Shown: positions 13,197 through 24,969 of the stretch, one piece after another
Numbering within the stretch: the stretch's first letter is position 1
Layout: every line of letters begins with the position of its first letter
NCBI GenBank assembly: GCA_951406725.2
Contig: OX597829.1
Span: forward strand, 47,740,001-47,804,000
DNA from: Octopus vulgaris
Taxonomy: Eukaryota
DNA length: 64,000 nucleotides
Direction: 5' to 3'
Made by a program: the position numbers and the translations under genes
Notes under the pieces: generated by a model
Seen by the model: only the letters and a program-made list of their open reading frames with translations
Told to the model about the DNA's origin: nothing
The model's database searches: none

Positions 13197-13258
<62 letters not shown>

Positions 13259-13359
13259 GTTAATCCAATCATGAAAGCACAAAAAAAAACACAACAACGC
13301 GAGGACGTGGAACAAATATAGTATTTATTGGACGCTCAGGAAAGAAGGAAAGAAGGAGG

Positions 13360-13394
13360 GTTTAACGTTTCGAGCGGAGCTCTTCGTCGGAAAC
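13360..13394 (-). ncRNA. Minimal hammerhead ribozyme (U4C variant, loopless palindromic stem III)
   Basis: gttt-CCGACGA-agagc tcc gctc-GAAAC-GTT-aaac inside the cassette 13258-13470; a sister copy lies at 23525-23730. Confidence 0.7.
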
Positions 13395-13469
13395 ATAGGA
13401 GAAGGAAAGATCCTGAGAAGGGAAGACAGAGGAAAAAAAATCGCCAACAGTACACACGCGGTCACATTT

Positions 13470-13535
<66 letters not shown>

Positions 13536-14079
13536 CACATATACATGTATATTTACATTTGCCACATATCTTGTTTCATCATTTACCATTATAATTGTGT
13601 TTCGAATTCATCTAAAGTCGGGGCGTTGATGCTCTCTTCGAAGAAATTCGCATAGAGATGTTATGAGTGCGAAATTTTATTTCTACTCATTTTGTTTCTT
13701 TCACTGTACCGCCCGAAAAATGTTTTCAAACAGTTATATTTCAGTTATAAGTTTAATTCAACAGTGGCTTTTTTGTTATCTGGTTTGTATTTGCTCTTCC
13801 TATATAAGCACAGCTCCACCTTCCTTTTGACATACAGCTTATAGATAAATAGATTCATGCCAGTTGGTATTACGTTTTAAGGGTTGGGTGCTGTATTCTG
13901 AGTTTACAGTAATTTCATTTTTAAATATATCTTTCTACTCCTAGATTAATTGCGGCGTGGAAGACACTATTTAGGCAATCAGAAATAGACAAAGACTTTG
14001 CGTAAACATTTATTTGTATCATGGTGGCAAAATTATCGTCGTTCGAATCTGCGATCAAGTCATTACCTTTTTTTCTTTC

Positions 14080-14285
14080 TTTTACTTGTTTCAGTCATTT
14101 GACTGTGGCCATGCTGGAGCACCGTCTTTTAGTCGAACGAATCGACCCAGGACTTATTTTTTTATAAGCCTAGTACTTATTCTATCGGTCTCTTTTGCCG
14201 AACCGCTAAGTTACGGGGACGTAAACACACCAACATCGGTTGAAAAGTGATGTTGGAGGGAGGACAAACACAGATACACAGACGT

Positions 14286-14334
<49 letters not shown>

Positions 14335-14505
14335 CATATATACGACGGGCTTCTTTCAGTTTCCGTCTACCAAATCCATTCACAAGGCTTTGGTCGGCCC
14401 GAGACTACAGTAGAAGATACTTGCCCAAGGTGCCACGCAGTGGGACTGAACACGGAACCATGTGGTTGGTAAGCAAGCTACTTACCACACAGCCACTCCT
14501 ACGCC
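14080..14505 (-). mobile_element. SINE family A, full length
   Basis: Reverse complement of the family A consensus. Confidence 0.9.
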
Positions 14506-14571
14506 ATTGATGAAAAATATATCGTATGCTGCAAAATTTTTTGCCAGTGAATATAAAATATGCACTCCATC

Positions 14572-14885
14572 GCTAACGACGACGACGAGGGTTCCAGTTC
14601 ATCCAATCAATGAAACAGCCTACTCGTGAAATTAACTTGCAAGTGGCTGAGTACTCCACAGACACGCGTACCTTTAACGTAGTTCTCAAGGAGATTGATC
14701 ATGACACAAAATGTGACAAGGCTGTCCCATTCGAAATGCAGGTACTACTCATTTTTGCCAGCTTAGCGGACTGGAGCAACGTGAAATAGAAGTGTCTTGC
14801 TCAAGGACGCAATACGCCGCCGGGAAACGAAGGCACGACCCTGCGATCGTGAACCGATTACTCTAACCACTAAGCCACGCGCCTT
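14572..14885 (-). mobile_element. SINE family B-related copy
   Basis: Shares the family B tail (gtggctgagtactccacagacacg...) with a variant head. Confidence 0.7.
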
Positions 14886-15199
14886 CGGTGAAGGAGGAAG
14901 GAGGTGGAGGGAAAGAGGGGGTGGGAGAAAGGAGGAGGTGGAGGGAAGAAGGAAGAAGAGGAGGAGGTGGAGGGAAGAAGGAAGAAGAGGAGGAGGTGGA
15001 GGGAAGAAGGAAGAAGAGGAGGGGAGGAGCGGTATAGGAGAAGGAGGAGGGGTGAGGAAATTTCGTGATTGTGGTAGCGAAGTTATTAGCTACTTTTAAT
15101 AAATTCTTGGCTACAGACGTCGTAGAAAGATGACGGAACAATGGCAGAATGATTGGTAGCGTAGGTGGAAGCAATTTGTGGAATGGGATAGAATAGCGT

Positions 15200-15585
15200 C
15201 GGAGGCGCAATGGCCCAGTGGTTAGGACAGCGGACTCGCGGTCATAGGATCGCGGTTTCGATTCCCAGACCGGGCGTTGTGAGTGTTTATTGAGCGAAAA
15301 CACCTAAAAGCTCCACGAGGCTCCGGCAGGGGTGTGGTGGTGATCCCTGCTGTACTCTTTCACCACAACTTTCTCTCACTCTTACTTCCTGTTTCTGTTG
15401 TACCTGTATTTCAAAGGGCCCGGCCTTGTCACTCTCTGTGTCACGCTGAATATCCCCGAGAACTGCATTAAGGGTACACGTGTCTGTGGAGTGCTCAGCC
15501 ACTTACACGTTAATTTCACGAGCAGGCTGTTCCGTTGATTCGGATCAACCGGAACTCTCGTCGTCGTAACCGACGGAGTGCTTCA
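15200..15585 (+). mobile_element. Full-length SINE family B (tRNA-derived)
   Basis: Head ggaggcgcaaTGGCCCAGTGGttagg...GGTTTCGATTCCc contains A and B boxes; near-identical to 55857-56242 (-). Confidence 0.9.
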
Positions 15586-16237
15586 AATAGAATAACGCAT
15601 ATGTGTTTTTCTGTGTGTTTGTGTGTTGTGGTGCGACAGAAATGCTTCTCGTTCATTATATAATTGATAATGTCACAATGAAATCGAGTCTCCATAAAAG
15701 AAAGGGTTAATCACCGCACTGTACCAACGCCACCAGCACCACCATCGCCGGTGCCGCCAACAATAACAAAAACGAAAACAAAACCGAGCGATCAGAGGAA
15801 ACCTCTACCTGGTCAATCTGCAAGAAACAGAAGCTAAATCTCTCTTAAGTCACCATTCCCATCAACTTATGAACAAGACTCGTTAAAAAAATGTGGCCCT
15901 ACGCTTCCTGAATATAAGAAGACTGGGTGTTGAAGGTAGGAAAGGTTTTGATGATAGGTCTTTCTTCTCCTAATTAGGAACGGCCTGGTACTAAATGGTT
16001 CCGTCTGTCGACCGAGTCTGTGATGAGGATTGCACCGCCGCCCTCCTGGTACTAAACAACAACAAACAATAACAATACATAGCAAACGAAAACACCAACG
16101 TCGGCGTCTCTACGTGGTCATTCGAACTGCTAGACAGAGCAGTGAAGTTTTTTTCAAGTTACATATTTTCTTTCATAAAAGAGGATTTGGTTAAACTATA
16201 TAGTCCTTCCCCCACTCCCAAACCCACCACTACTACC

Positions 16238-16470
16238 TATTTCTTTATTACCCACAAGGGGCTAAACACAGAGGGGACAAACAAGGACAGACATAGGTAT
16301 TAAGTCGATTACATCGACCCCAGTGCGTAACTGGTACTTAATTTATCGACCCCGAAAGGATGAAAGGCAAAGTCGACCTCGGCGGAATTTTAACTCACAA
16401 CGTAACGCAGGCGAAATACCGCTGAACATTTCGCCCGGCGTGCTAATGTTTCTGCCAGCTCGCCGCCTTA
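16238..16470 (-). mobile_element. SINE family C (Meta-domain-like)
   Basis: The central gaggtcgactttgcctttcatcctttcggggtcgataaattaagtaccag resembles the MetaSINE domain; many copies in the window. Confidence 0.8.
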
Positions 16471-17112
16471 CTACCACTAAATCCAAGGGAAGTGAGACAG
16501 CCATAGTTGGATCGCCTTTGGACTTAGGTTTGTCAAATAACAACCCTCTGTTATAATACAAATAGAATTTAAAATACATTCGAGGAATATTCGAGTTCAA
16601 TATCTGTACTTGATATAGTCTTCATATTATTAACCACTGGAAGAAAAAAAAAAAAACGAAGTTTCACTCCGACGAGATTTGAACTCAGTCGAAATCGAGA
16701 GATATTTTCCCGACAGCCTAACGACACGGCCATATCCACCATCTGTATGATGATAATGATGATATAGAAACAAGCGATATGTAGGTACTGAAAGAAAGAA
16801 AAAAAAGGCGGGTACTACAGAACAGCGACCAAAGACGATAATGAAAGCGGTGGCGACGGGGGTTTGAAGCGGCGATGACGATGACGACAATGACAGTGAT
16901 GACAATGAAGTTCGATTGTATTACAGTAATACGACTAGAGATGGGAAATACCAGAGAGAAACATTTTCTATTCTTAATACGAATATCGTTGCACCTCGCA
17001 TTTTTTTTTTATAGACTGAAATAGTATTTTTTTTTCGATTAGATCAGATTATTCACGCAGCTCGTAGACAAATAACAACTTCCTCTGGGTGTGTTTTAAA
17101 GTAAAGGATATG

Positions 17113-17209
<97 letters not shown>

Positions 17210-17229
17210 CAACAACAATGATAATAATA

Positions 17230-17261
<32 letters not shown>

Positions 17262-17269
17262 TTCAATTA

Positions 17270-18352
17270 TTTGCCACGAGAGCGAAGATGGGCGGGGGTA
17301 ATACAGCGACAGACATAGTGTGGGGATTTACATAGCATACAGAAGTACGAAGAAAAAAATAGTGGAGCAGAGAGGATGATAGAGATGTGGCCCTCCTGAT
17401 ATAGGAACGCCTCTAGGGATAATCGAGGAACCCCACCTGAAACCCTATGAGCAAGTGCCCCCTCCAATTTCTACTCTACGGCTCACAGTCTACACTTTGA
17501 GAGGTATCACTCACTCTTGCCATTTTGAGGACTTTCACCCATCTTTCGATAAATTCACTCGAGGACAGCACTTCCCTCTTCATTCTCAATTTCCTTTTCA
17601 AGCAGAACTTGAAGAAGTCAATGAGAGCTCTACCAGAGGAATGTATCTGTCCTCATGCCTTTCAGTCTTAACCACCAAATAACCTCTTTCGCCACAGCCA
17701 CCAACCAAAGGAAAACTGCCCTGCCTGCCCAATAGAAGGAGGGCGGCGGTGCAATCATCACTACAGACGCGGCAGAAAGACGGAACTGCCCCACACATGA
17801 CAGTAGCTGTTCGACATGACCCCACAAGTCAGCAATGCAGAACGGTTCGTCACACTGTGCACACCTCGGACATGTCCGTCTGACTGTGCATCTGTGCTTG
17901 TAGAGTTTATCTCGAACCGGTAGCGTCCCTCGGTAGCGCCCCTCGGTAGCACTGCCAGGCCAAGGACATCTGGAAATTATCCATGATAGTCCGACCGGAA
18001 AGTCCTCCGGGACAGACTTGCCAGTTCGTTCTCGTCGGTGCCCAGAGTCTCCCCGGGAACTTCGTCGCACTTCCCCGCCACTAATCCTCTATAAATTTCT
18101 AAAGTGGAACATCCACTGATTCCATTGCCCGGCTGGTAGAGGGTTGTGAGTGCTTGACGATATTCTAGGTACCAGGCGCCCAATCACGGTCTTTTTTTTT
18201 TCACCCATGACTACAGCACCATCAAGGAGACAAGCTGCGAAAAGATGAACTTCACAAACGGAGCCCACACACGCTCACTTTCTAGAAATTGCTGCAGGTG
18301 GTGTAATAAAGCGCATGTCTGCGCATTAGGAACCACGGCATACCTAATCCGC
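17270..18352 (-). mobile_element. 5'-truncated Tx1/L1-like LINE (ORF2 C-terminus, decayed)
   Basis: LPVRDKLYKH...TCPRCAQCDE is a zf-RVT-like motif, followed by VAKEVIWW; frameshifted; flanked by (TAA)n. Confidence 0.7.
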
Positions 18353-18353
18353 C

Positions 18354-18422
<69 letters not shown>

Positions 18423-18438
18423 TATAATAATAATAATA

Positions 18439-18762
18439 GATGTCCAGGGAATGATAGCAAAAGGGGCTGATTGCTACCTAACTCAGATACCAGGAAACCC
18501 AAAAATGGCAGAAATTCAAAAGATAGTGCTCATGGGAACTGCTCATATCCTACGCAAAATACTTTCTATGTAATCTCAAGGTTTAAAACAAACATTATTT
18601 TTTGTTTTAGACATCCACTAGTACAACACAAAAAAAAAAACAACCAAATATATGGCACACTAGGCATAACAACAACGTGAACTTCCAACCTGTTGTCTCT
18701 TGAGGTCTCTGGGTGAGACTTGGAGCCAACTTGTACAAATATAAAGCAAAAGTCAAACATAG
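18439..18762 (+). mobile_element. 3' end of an R4/Dong-like RLE non-LTR retrotransposon inserted in (TAA)n
   Basis: Translates GMIAKGADCYLTQIPGNPKMAEIQKIVLMGTAHILRKILSM*, a QK..L.GTAHILR terminal motif; (TAA)n on both sides. Confidence 0.75.
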
Positions 18763-18844
18763 AATAATAATAATAATAAAAATAATAATAATAACAATAG
18801 TCAAGACGAAGAGCGCGATTCGATTGTAATAGATATTTTATTAG

Positions 18845-18887
18845 TTGAACGATATTTCGACAGTACGTCTGTCTTTGTCAAGTTCAA
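18845..18887 (-). ncRNA. Decayed hammerhead motif
   Basis: ttgaac-TTGACAA-agacag acgta ctgtc-GAAAT-ATC-gttcaa; stems I and II are intact and the core differs only by transitions. Confidence 0.55.
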
Positions 18888-19099
18888 AATAAGAAGTGAT
18901 AAAAATTCAAAATTACAGAAATTTAAACGTAAGGTATGAACGAGAGCAACAAGCGTCCACACGTTGATGGAATGATATCATCAGTTTTTAAGTTAAAATT
19001 TTATAACAGGCGAAAAGGAAAAGACAAAAAAAAAAAGACAGAAAGAAAGAGGAAAGAAAAAAGAAACGAAAAAAAAAAAAAGAAATTTCGCTGGCATTT

Positions 19100-19770
19100 C
19101 AAAAGTGTATTACGGTGCCAGCTGTTCACTACCAGTGAACTAAGACAACACCCCTTATTTTTCGAGCACCATCCGGAGTATTCGAGCGGTTCCAAGCATG
19201 AACGTTATCGGCATGTGACAAAAAAATGTCCACGTTTCAAAAATATTTCCTCAGCCGCCTATTGTAGATTTTAGACGGAATAAGAATATAAGAGAATTAT
19301 TGACCTCTATTTCTGACTCCAAGAAAACTAATATTGGAGTATCTGCACGCTGTACATTGAAAAGTAGCCGCAAGGGAGGTAAGCCCTGTTCGTTTTGCAA
19401 CAACATGTGTCAAGTGAACTCCACCAGGAATCATAACAGAAATGTTATGATTTATATTGAAGGTAGAATATGTAGAGATTCCCATTTGGCGTACGCTGCA
19501 GAATGTACGAAACACAACCTGATACGTGTTAGTTGAACACTAGAACAATTAAACAAAGGGTTTAATGGGCACAGATTCGATGTCAGGCACAGTAACAGTA
19601 GTTCGACAGAACTTGCTGAACATTTCATTTCAAGCGGCTGCAATTTTGAAGAAGACTTGAAAGTGCATATTCTCAAAAAATATTCCGAATCTGCTTCACT
19701 TTCACTTCTCAGAATGTATGAGGAGAAATATGTTTGCGGGTTATTAACGAATGGAATACCTATGTCTTTA
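19100..19770 (+). pseudogene. Penelope-like element endonuclease region (Cys motif plus GIY-YIG), decayed
   Basis: GGKPCSFCNNM...ICRDSHLAYAAECTKHNLIRVS*TLEQLNKGFNGHRFD...ELAEHF..SGCNFEEDLKVHIL fits the PLE GIY-YIG layout. Confidence 0.75.
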
Positions 19771-19990
19771 AAACCCACAATGGGCTAAACATAGAGGGGA
19801 CAAAAAAGGACAGACAAACGGATTAAGTCGATTACATAGACCCCAGTGTGCAACTAGTACTTAATTTATCGATCCCGAAAGGATGAAAGGCAAAGTCGAC
19901 CTCGGCGGAATTTGAACTCAGTACGTAACGGCAGACGAAATACCGCTAAACATTTCAGCCGGCGTGCTAATGTTTCTGCCAGCTCGCCTA
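19770..19990 (-). mobile_element. SINE family C
   Basis: Similarity to 16238-16470. Confidence 0.85.
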
Positions 19991-19994
19991 GGCA

Positions 19995-20520
19995 GTGGTT
20001 CCCATGGCTTCTGATCTTTAAATGATTAGAAGTGTTATCAGGTACATTGTTTTTTCTTGGTATAAAAGTTGGGCTACAGCAAATATTCTGCTCAATACCA
20101 CAGATTTGCTTGTCACTTGTTTGACCATAACCAGTTGAGCATGTCCCTTAGTGGCTGACAATATGTGCATCTCTGATCATGAACAGAAGTAGTTGGGGAG
20201 CATCGTAGTCATGTGTTGAAAGTAATTCTTTAAGGTTTGGATAATTCACCCCAGGAAACTAGGGCGTTTCGTTCATCACCGTTAAACAACCCTTATTCAG
20301 GGACCTTTTGAGCGGGATGGGTTACTCGACCTGAAGAAAATTCTGACTGGGGATCCCACCTGCTGTTTATCTTGATAAGAGATCACCATGTCGCGCACAT
20401 GTGGCTGTAATGCATATGTCTGGTGTACCCTTATCAGACGGCTACTCATGATTGGGTTTCGTATATTTATACCCCTGTCTCACTTTAATGGCATTCATTG
20501 CACTCTCACTCAATAATAAT
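19995..20520 (+). mobile_element. Unclassified retroelement-like 3' region ending in (TAA)n
   Basis: Higher-GC non-microsatellite block ending cactctctcactcaataataat; no protein motif recognised. Confidence 0.35.
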
Positions 20521-20839
20521 GGTTTCAATTTTTGGAACAAAACCAGCAATTTCGGGAGAGTGGGGTAAGTCGATTATATCAACCCCAGTTTTTTTAGCTG
20601 CCACTTTTTTTTTAAGGTGAGGAGAGATGGTTGTGGAAATAACATGGCGGTTGTGGAGTCAGAAAGTAGAATTCTGAAACTGTCAACGAGTTCGACTTTC
20701 AATGGCGGGACGAACGGGTGCGAGGTGAAATAGTGGACTACGATTCATTGGAGAGCAAAAGTACGTTCAATGGCCTGGGTCAGGTGAAGTACAAGGTTCA
20801 AAACTGTTAAAGGGGTCCTATATTCAGGAAGAAATTTCG

Positions 20840-21900
20840 TGTATGCATGCATACATACAAGTATACATAATAAGACACACACATACATATATACATACAA
20901 AGATACATACAAGCATACATACATACATGCATACATACATGCATGCATGCATGCGTACATACATACATACATACATACATACATACATACACACATACAT
21001 ACATACATACACACATACACACATACATATATACATACATGCATACATACATACATACATACATACATACATACATACATACATACGTACGTACATACAT
21101 ACATACATACATACATACATACATACATACGTACGTACGTACATACATACATACATACAAACATACATACATACATACATACATACATACATGCATGCAT
21201 ACATACATACGTACGTACATACATACATACATACATACATGCATACATACATACATGCATACATACATGCGTACGTACGTACATACATGCATACAAACAT
21301 ACATACATGCATACACACACACATACATACGTACATACATACATACGTGCATACATACATATATACATACATGCATACATACATACCTACATACACACAT
21401 ATATACATACATACACACATACATACATACATACATACATACATACATACATACATACATACATACATGCACACATATATACATACATACATACATACAT
21501 ACATACATACATTCATACATACATACATACATACACACATACACACATACATACATACAAAACTGCATACATACAAAACTGCAGGGGCGACGCAAACAAA
21601 TCAAAACCTGTTTGTCAAGCCGTGAGGAGACAAACACGCCGCGTGCTCGGACACACAAGTGGTACACACATATACCTATATTTATATATATATATATATA
21701 TATAGCTTATACATATACATGCATATATATATATACATAGATATACACACATATACATATATATACATATATATATCTACATATATATATATACATATAT
21801 ATTCATATATATATAGATATATATATATACATATACATACATACATACATACATACATACATACATACATACATACATACATACATACATACATACACAC
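20840..21900. repeat. (TACA)n and (TA)n compound microsatellite
   Basis: Direct inspection. Confidence 0.95.
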
Positions 21901-21957
21901 ACTTACACACGCACGACAGTGTTCCAGATAAATTCACTTGGACGGCGCACGATTATG

Positions 21958-22131
21958 CAGTAATCCCTCGCCATATCGCGGTTTTGCATTTATGATATAA
22001 TAAATATATACAAGTTATAAAAATAATTTTGAAAAATATATACTGTTACAGTATTGTCTTTACTTCACGGATTTTCACTGATTGTAGCGGGGTTTGTAAC
22101 GCAACACCCGCGATAGTCGAGGGAATTACTG
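21958..22131. mobile_element. pogo/Tigger-like MITE
   Basis: Terminal inverted repeats CAGTAATCCCTCG...ATCGCGG and CCGCGAT...CGAGGGAATTACTG; flanks read TG/TG rather than TA. Confidence 0.6.
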
Positions 22132-22224
22132 TGGTACAAAATGACAAGTGTAACGCGCAGCGGAAGTGAACCAGAATTTATGTGGTTGCGACGCGAACTT
22201 CTCAAGCATACAGCCAAACTTACG

Positions 22225-22660
22225 CGAGCGCGCGTGTGTGTGTGTTTATGTGTTTGTGTGTGTATGTGTTTTGCGTGTTTGTGTGTGTCTGTGTTTGTGT
22301 GTGTTTGTGTTTGTGTATTTGTGTGTGTTTGTGTGTGTGTGTTTGTTTGTTTGTTTGTGTATTTGTGTGTATGTGTTTGTGTGTTTGGGTATTTCTCTGT
22401 GTGTGTGTGTGTGTGTTTGTCTGCTTGTGTATTTGCCTGTATGCATATTTGCGTGTTTGTGTGTATGTGTGTGTGTGCGTGCGTGTTTGTGTGTATTTGT
22501 GTGTAGTGTTTGTGTGTGTGCGTGCTTGTGTGGGCGTGCTTGTGTGTTTGTGTATCTGTGTGAGTGTTTGTTTGTGTTTGTGTATTTGTGTGTGTTTGTG
22601 TGTTTGTGTATGTGTGTGTTTGTGTGTTTGTGTATTTATGTGTATGTATGATTGAGTATT

Positions 22661-22714
<54 letters not shown>

Positions 22715-22725
22715 ATTGTGTGTGT
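22225..22725. repeat. Degenerate (TG)n/(TGTT)n repeat
   Basis: Direct inspection. Confidence 0.9.
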
Positions 22726-22799
22726 GAAAAATCTCAGGGATCGTGATAACCAACACTTGTATCGGCTTTGAAAGTTCTTTGTGCATTACTCACAGGTAA

Positions 22800-23160
22800 A
22801 GAGGGTGAAGCGCTAAACAATTTCCTTGATATGGAAACTGATCAAATTTTTGTGCTGCCGAGAAAAAAAGATATTGCTGTCACATTTAATTATCAGAAAC
22901 TTTGTTCATGGTAGTATTGCGTGTATCTTGAATGAGGTGTTCGTGTGGATGGTGCCTGTGTGTGTAGAAGGTTAAGGATGACTGGTTAGCGGTGTCATAT
23001 GAATAGGAGTGTATATAGTTGGATGTAGTAGCAATAAGTTTTTAATATACAGACAGAAGAATGTAGGAGGAGACGGTACTGAACCGTGACACACACGACA
23101 GTTAATATACTGTGAGTTAGAGAGTCAAGTTAACATATTATGGAGCCTTTAAGCAAAACA
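22800..23160 (-). pseudogene. Decayed LINE reverse transcriptase fragment
   Basis: Minus strand gives roughly VCHGSVPSPPTFFCLYIKNL.ATTSNYIHSYSYDT, a degenerate GVPQGSVLSP.LF.LYINDL...YADD. Confidence 0.65.
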
Positions 23161-23444
23161 GTAGCATACCAGAAAGCTAGCGATCGTTTACGCGGCTGTG
23201 AGGTGAGAAGTTTACTTCCCGACTAGTTGTTCCGGGTCCACTTCCACTTCCACTTCCGCTGCGTGACACTTTGGCCAAGTGTCTTCAGTTCCCGTCGACT
23301 AAATCCACTCACGATCTTTGGTCAGTACGAGATAGTTGTGGAAGACTCTAGCCAAAGTGCCACGCAGTGGTGGGCGTGAACCCGGGAAGTAAACATATAT
23401 ATATATATATATATAAATATATTTACATACATATACATACATAC

Positions 23445-23524
<80 letters not shown>

Positions 23525-23527
<3 letters not shown>

Positions 23528-23721
23528 GTGACCTCGTCTGTATCACTAGCGATTTTTTCCCCCCTGTCTTCCCTTCTCTGGATCTTTCCTTCTCCTATGT
23601 TTCCGACGAAGAGCTCCGCTCGAAACCCTCTTTCTTCCCTTCTTTCCTGAGCGTCCAATAATACTTTATTTGTTCCACGTCCTTGCGTTGTTTTTTTTGT
23701 TTATTGTTTTCTTGATTGGAT

Positions 23722-23730
<9 letters not shown>
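23525..23730 (+). mobile_element. HHR cassette, same family as 13258-13470; ribozyme stem III deleted
   Basis: gtttCCGACGAagagctccgctcGAAACcctc lacks GTTAAAC compared with the sister copy. Confidence 0.75.
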
Positions 23731-23761
<31 letters not shown>

Positions 23762-23837
23762 CGGTGTGATAAGAAGTTTCTTTCCCAACCATATGGTTCC
23801 AGATTCAATCCCACTGAAAAAAAAGTGAAAATAATGT

Positions 23838-24147
23838 GCAAGTGGCTGAGCACTCCACTGGCACGTGTACCCTTAACGTAGTTCTAGGGGCGACTCAACG
23901 TGACTTAGAGTGTGACAAGTTTGGCCCTTTGAAATACAGATACAGCAGAAACACGAAGAAAGAGTGAGAGAAAGTTGTGGTGAAAGAGTACAGCAGGGTT
24001 CGCCAGCAGCACCCCCTGCCGGAGGCATCGTGGAGCATTAGGTGTTTTCGCTCAATAAACACTCACAACGCCCGGTCTTGGAATCGAAACCGCGATCCTA
24101 CGACCGCGAGTCCACTGCCCTACCCGCTAGACCATTGCGCCTCCACA
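23838..24147 (-). mobile_element. SINE family B
   Basis: Similarity to 15200-15585. Confidence 0.85.
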
Positions 24148-24407
24148 TGACAGAAGCTAGTTTGATAAGCTAATACGTCGTGAGATCGAACCCGAAATCG
24201 CATAGTTGCAACAAGGATTTCTTAACCACACAACATTACTATCTCTCATTACAATTAAAAAAAAAGGTGGAGACCAAACAGAATCATTAGCATGACGGAC
24301 AAAATGCTTAGCAGCTCAACGTCCGTCTTCACCTTATGAGTTCGAATCCCACCGAGTTTGATTTTGCTTTCATCTTTTTGGGGTTGATAAAATAAGTCAC
24401 AGTTGAG

Positions 24408-24831
24408 GGCGATCTTTCGTCTCTAGTAGACCTTTCCGTCGATTTCCGTAAAATTTTTTTTTTTTTTTTACATATGGGCTTGCGGGAACTTTTGAAGTAA
24501 TATACATACATATACACATACACCGAGTAAAAAATTTCAGTTATCTCTTTCTTTCACACATTACTCTGTCTCTTCACACACACTAACAGAAGCACTTCAC
24601 TTACACAACATACTGTCTGTCTCCCACACCCCATCAAACACACACACACATATACATCAATGCTTGCCATGCACGGTAACTTCAAAAGAACTTCCCTCGT
24701 CATACAATCGCTTTCTCTTAGTCTCTTTCGCTCTCATTACTTCAAAAGTTCCCGCAAGCCCATATGTAAAAAAAAAAAAAGAAGTTTTTACGGAAATCGA
24801 CGGAAAGGTCTACTAGAGACGAAAGATTGCC
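24408..24831. mobile_element. Merlin-like MITE inserted in a family C SINE
   Basis: About 95-bp TIRs (24408-24501, 24736-24831) starting GG; perfect 8-bp TSD CAGTTGAG at 24400-24407 and 24832-24839; the SINE sequence resumes across the TSD. Confidence 0.8.
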
Positions 24832-24969
24832 CAGTTGAGTACTGGGGTCTGTGTAATCGATTCACCTACGCACATCGAAATTTCAGTCTTTCTGACTATA
24901 GTAGAAAGGAATATTATAAGGCGGTGAGCTAGCAGAATCGTCAGCAGACCAGACAAAATGCTTAACAGC

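Larger units (their letters stand above)
10065..13200 (+). mobile_element. Young non-coding fold-back element, PLE-like, with 566-bp inverted arms (10065-10630, 12460-13025)
   Basis: The arms are nearly identical (the ORF-track peptides differ at one residue) and each carries an HHR. The right side extends about 175 bp further. Both ends lie in (TA)n. Confidence 0.75.

Noticed and set aside
15200-15275. tRNA-like sequence
   Set aside because: It is the head of SINE family B and continues into the SINE body; not called as a tRNA gene.
20745-21740. Long ORFs of 200-290 aa (MYVC/HTYI repeats)
   Set aside because: Translations of the (TACA)n microsatellite, not genes.
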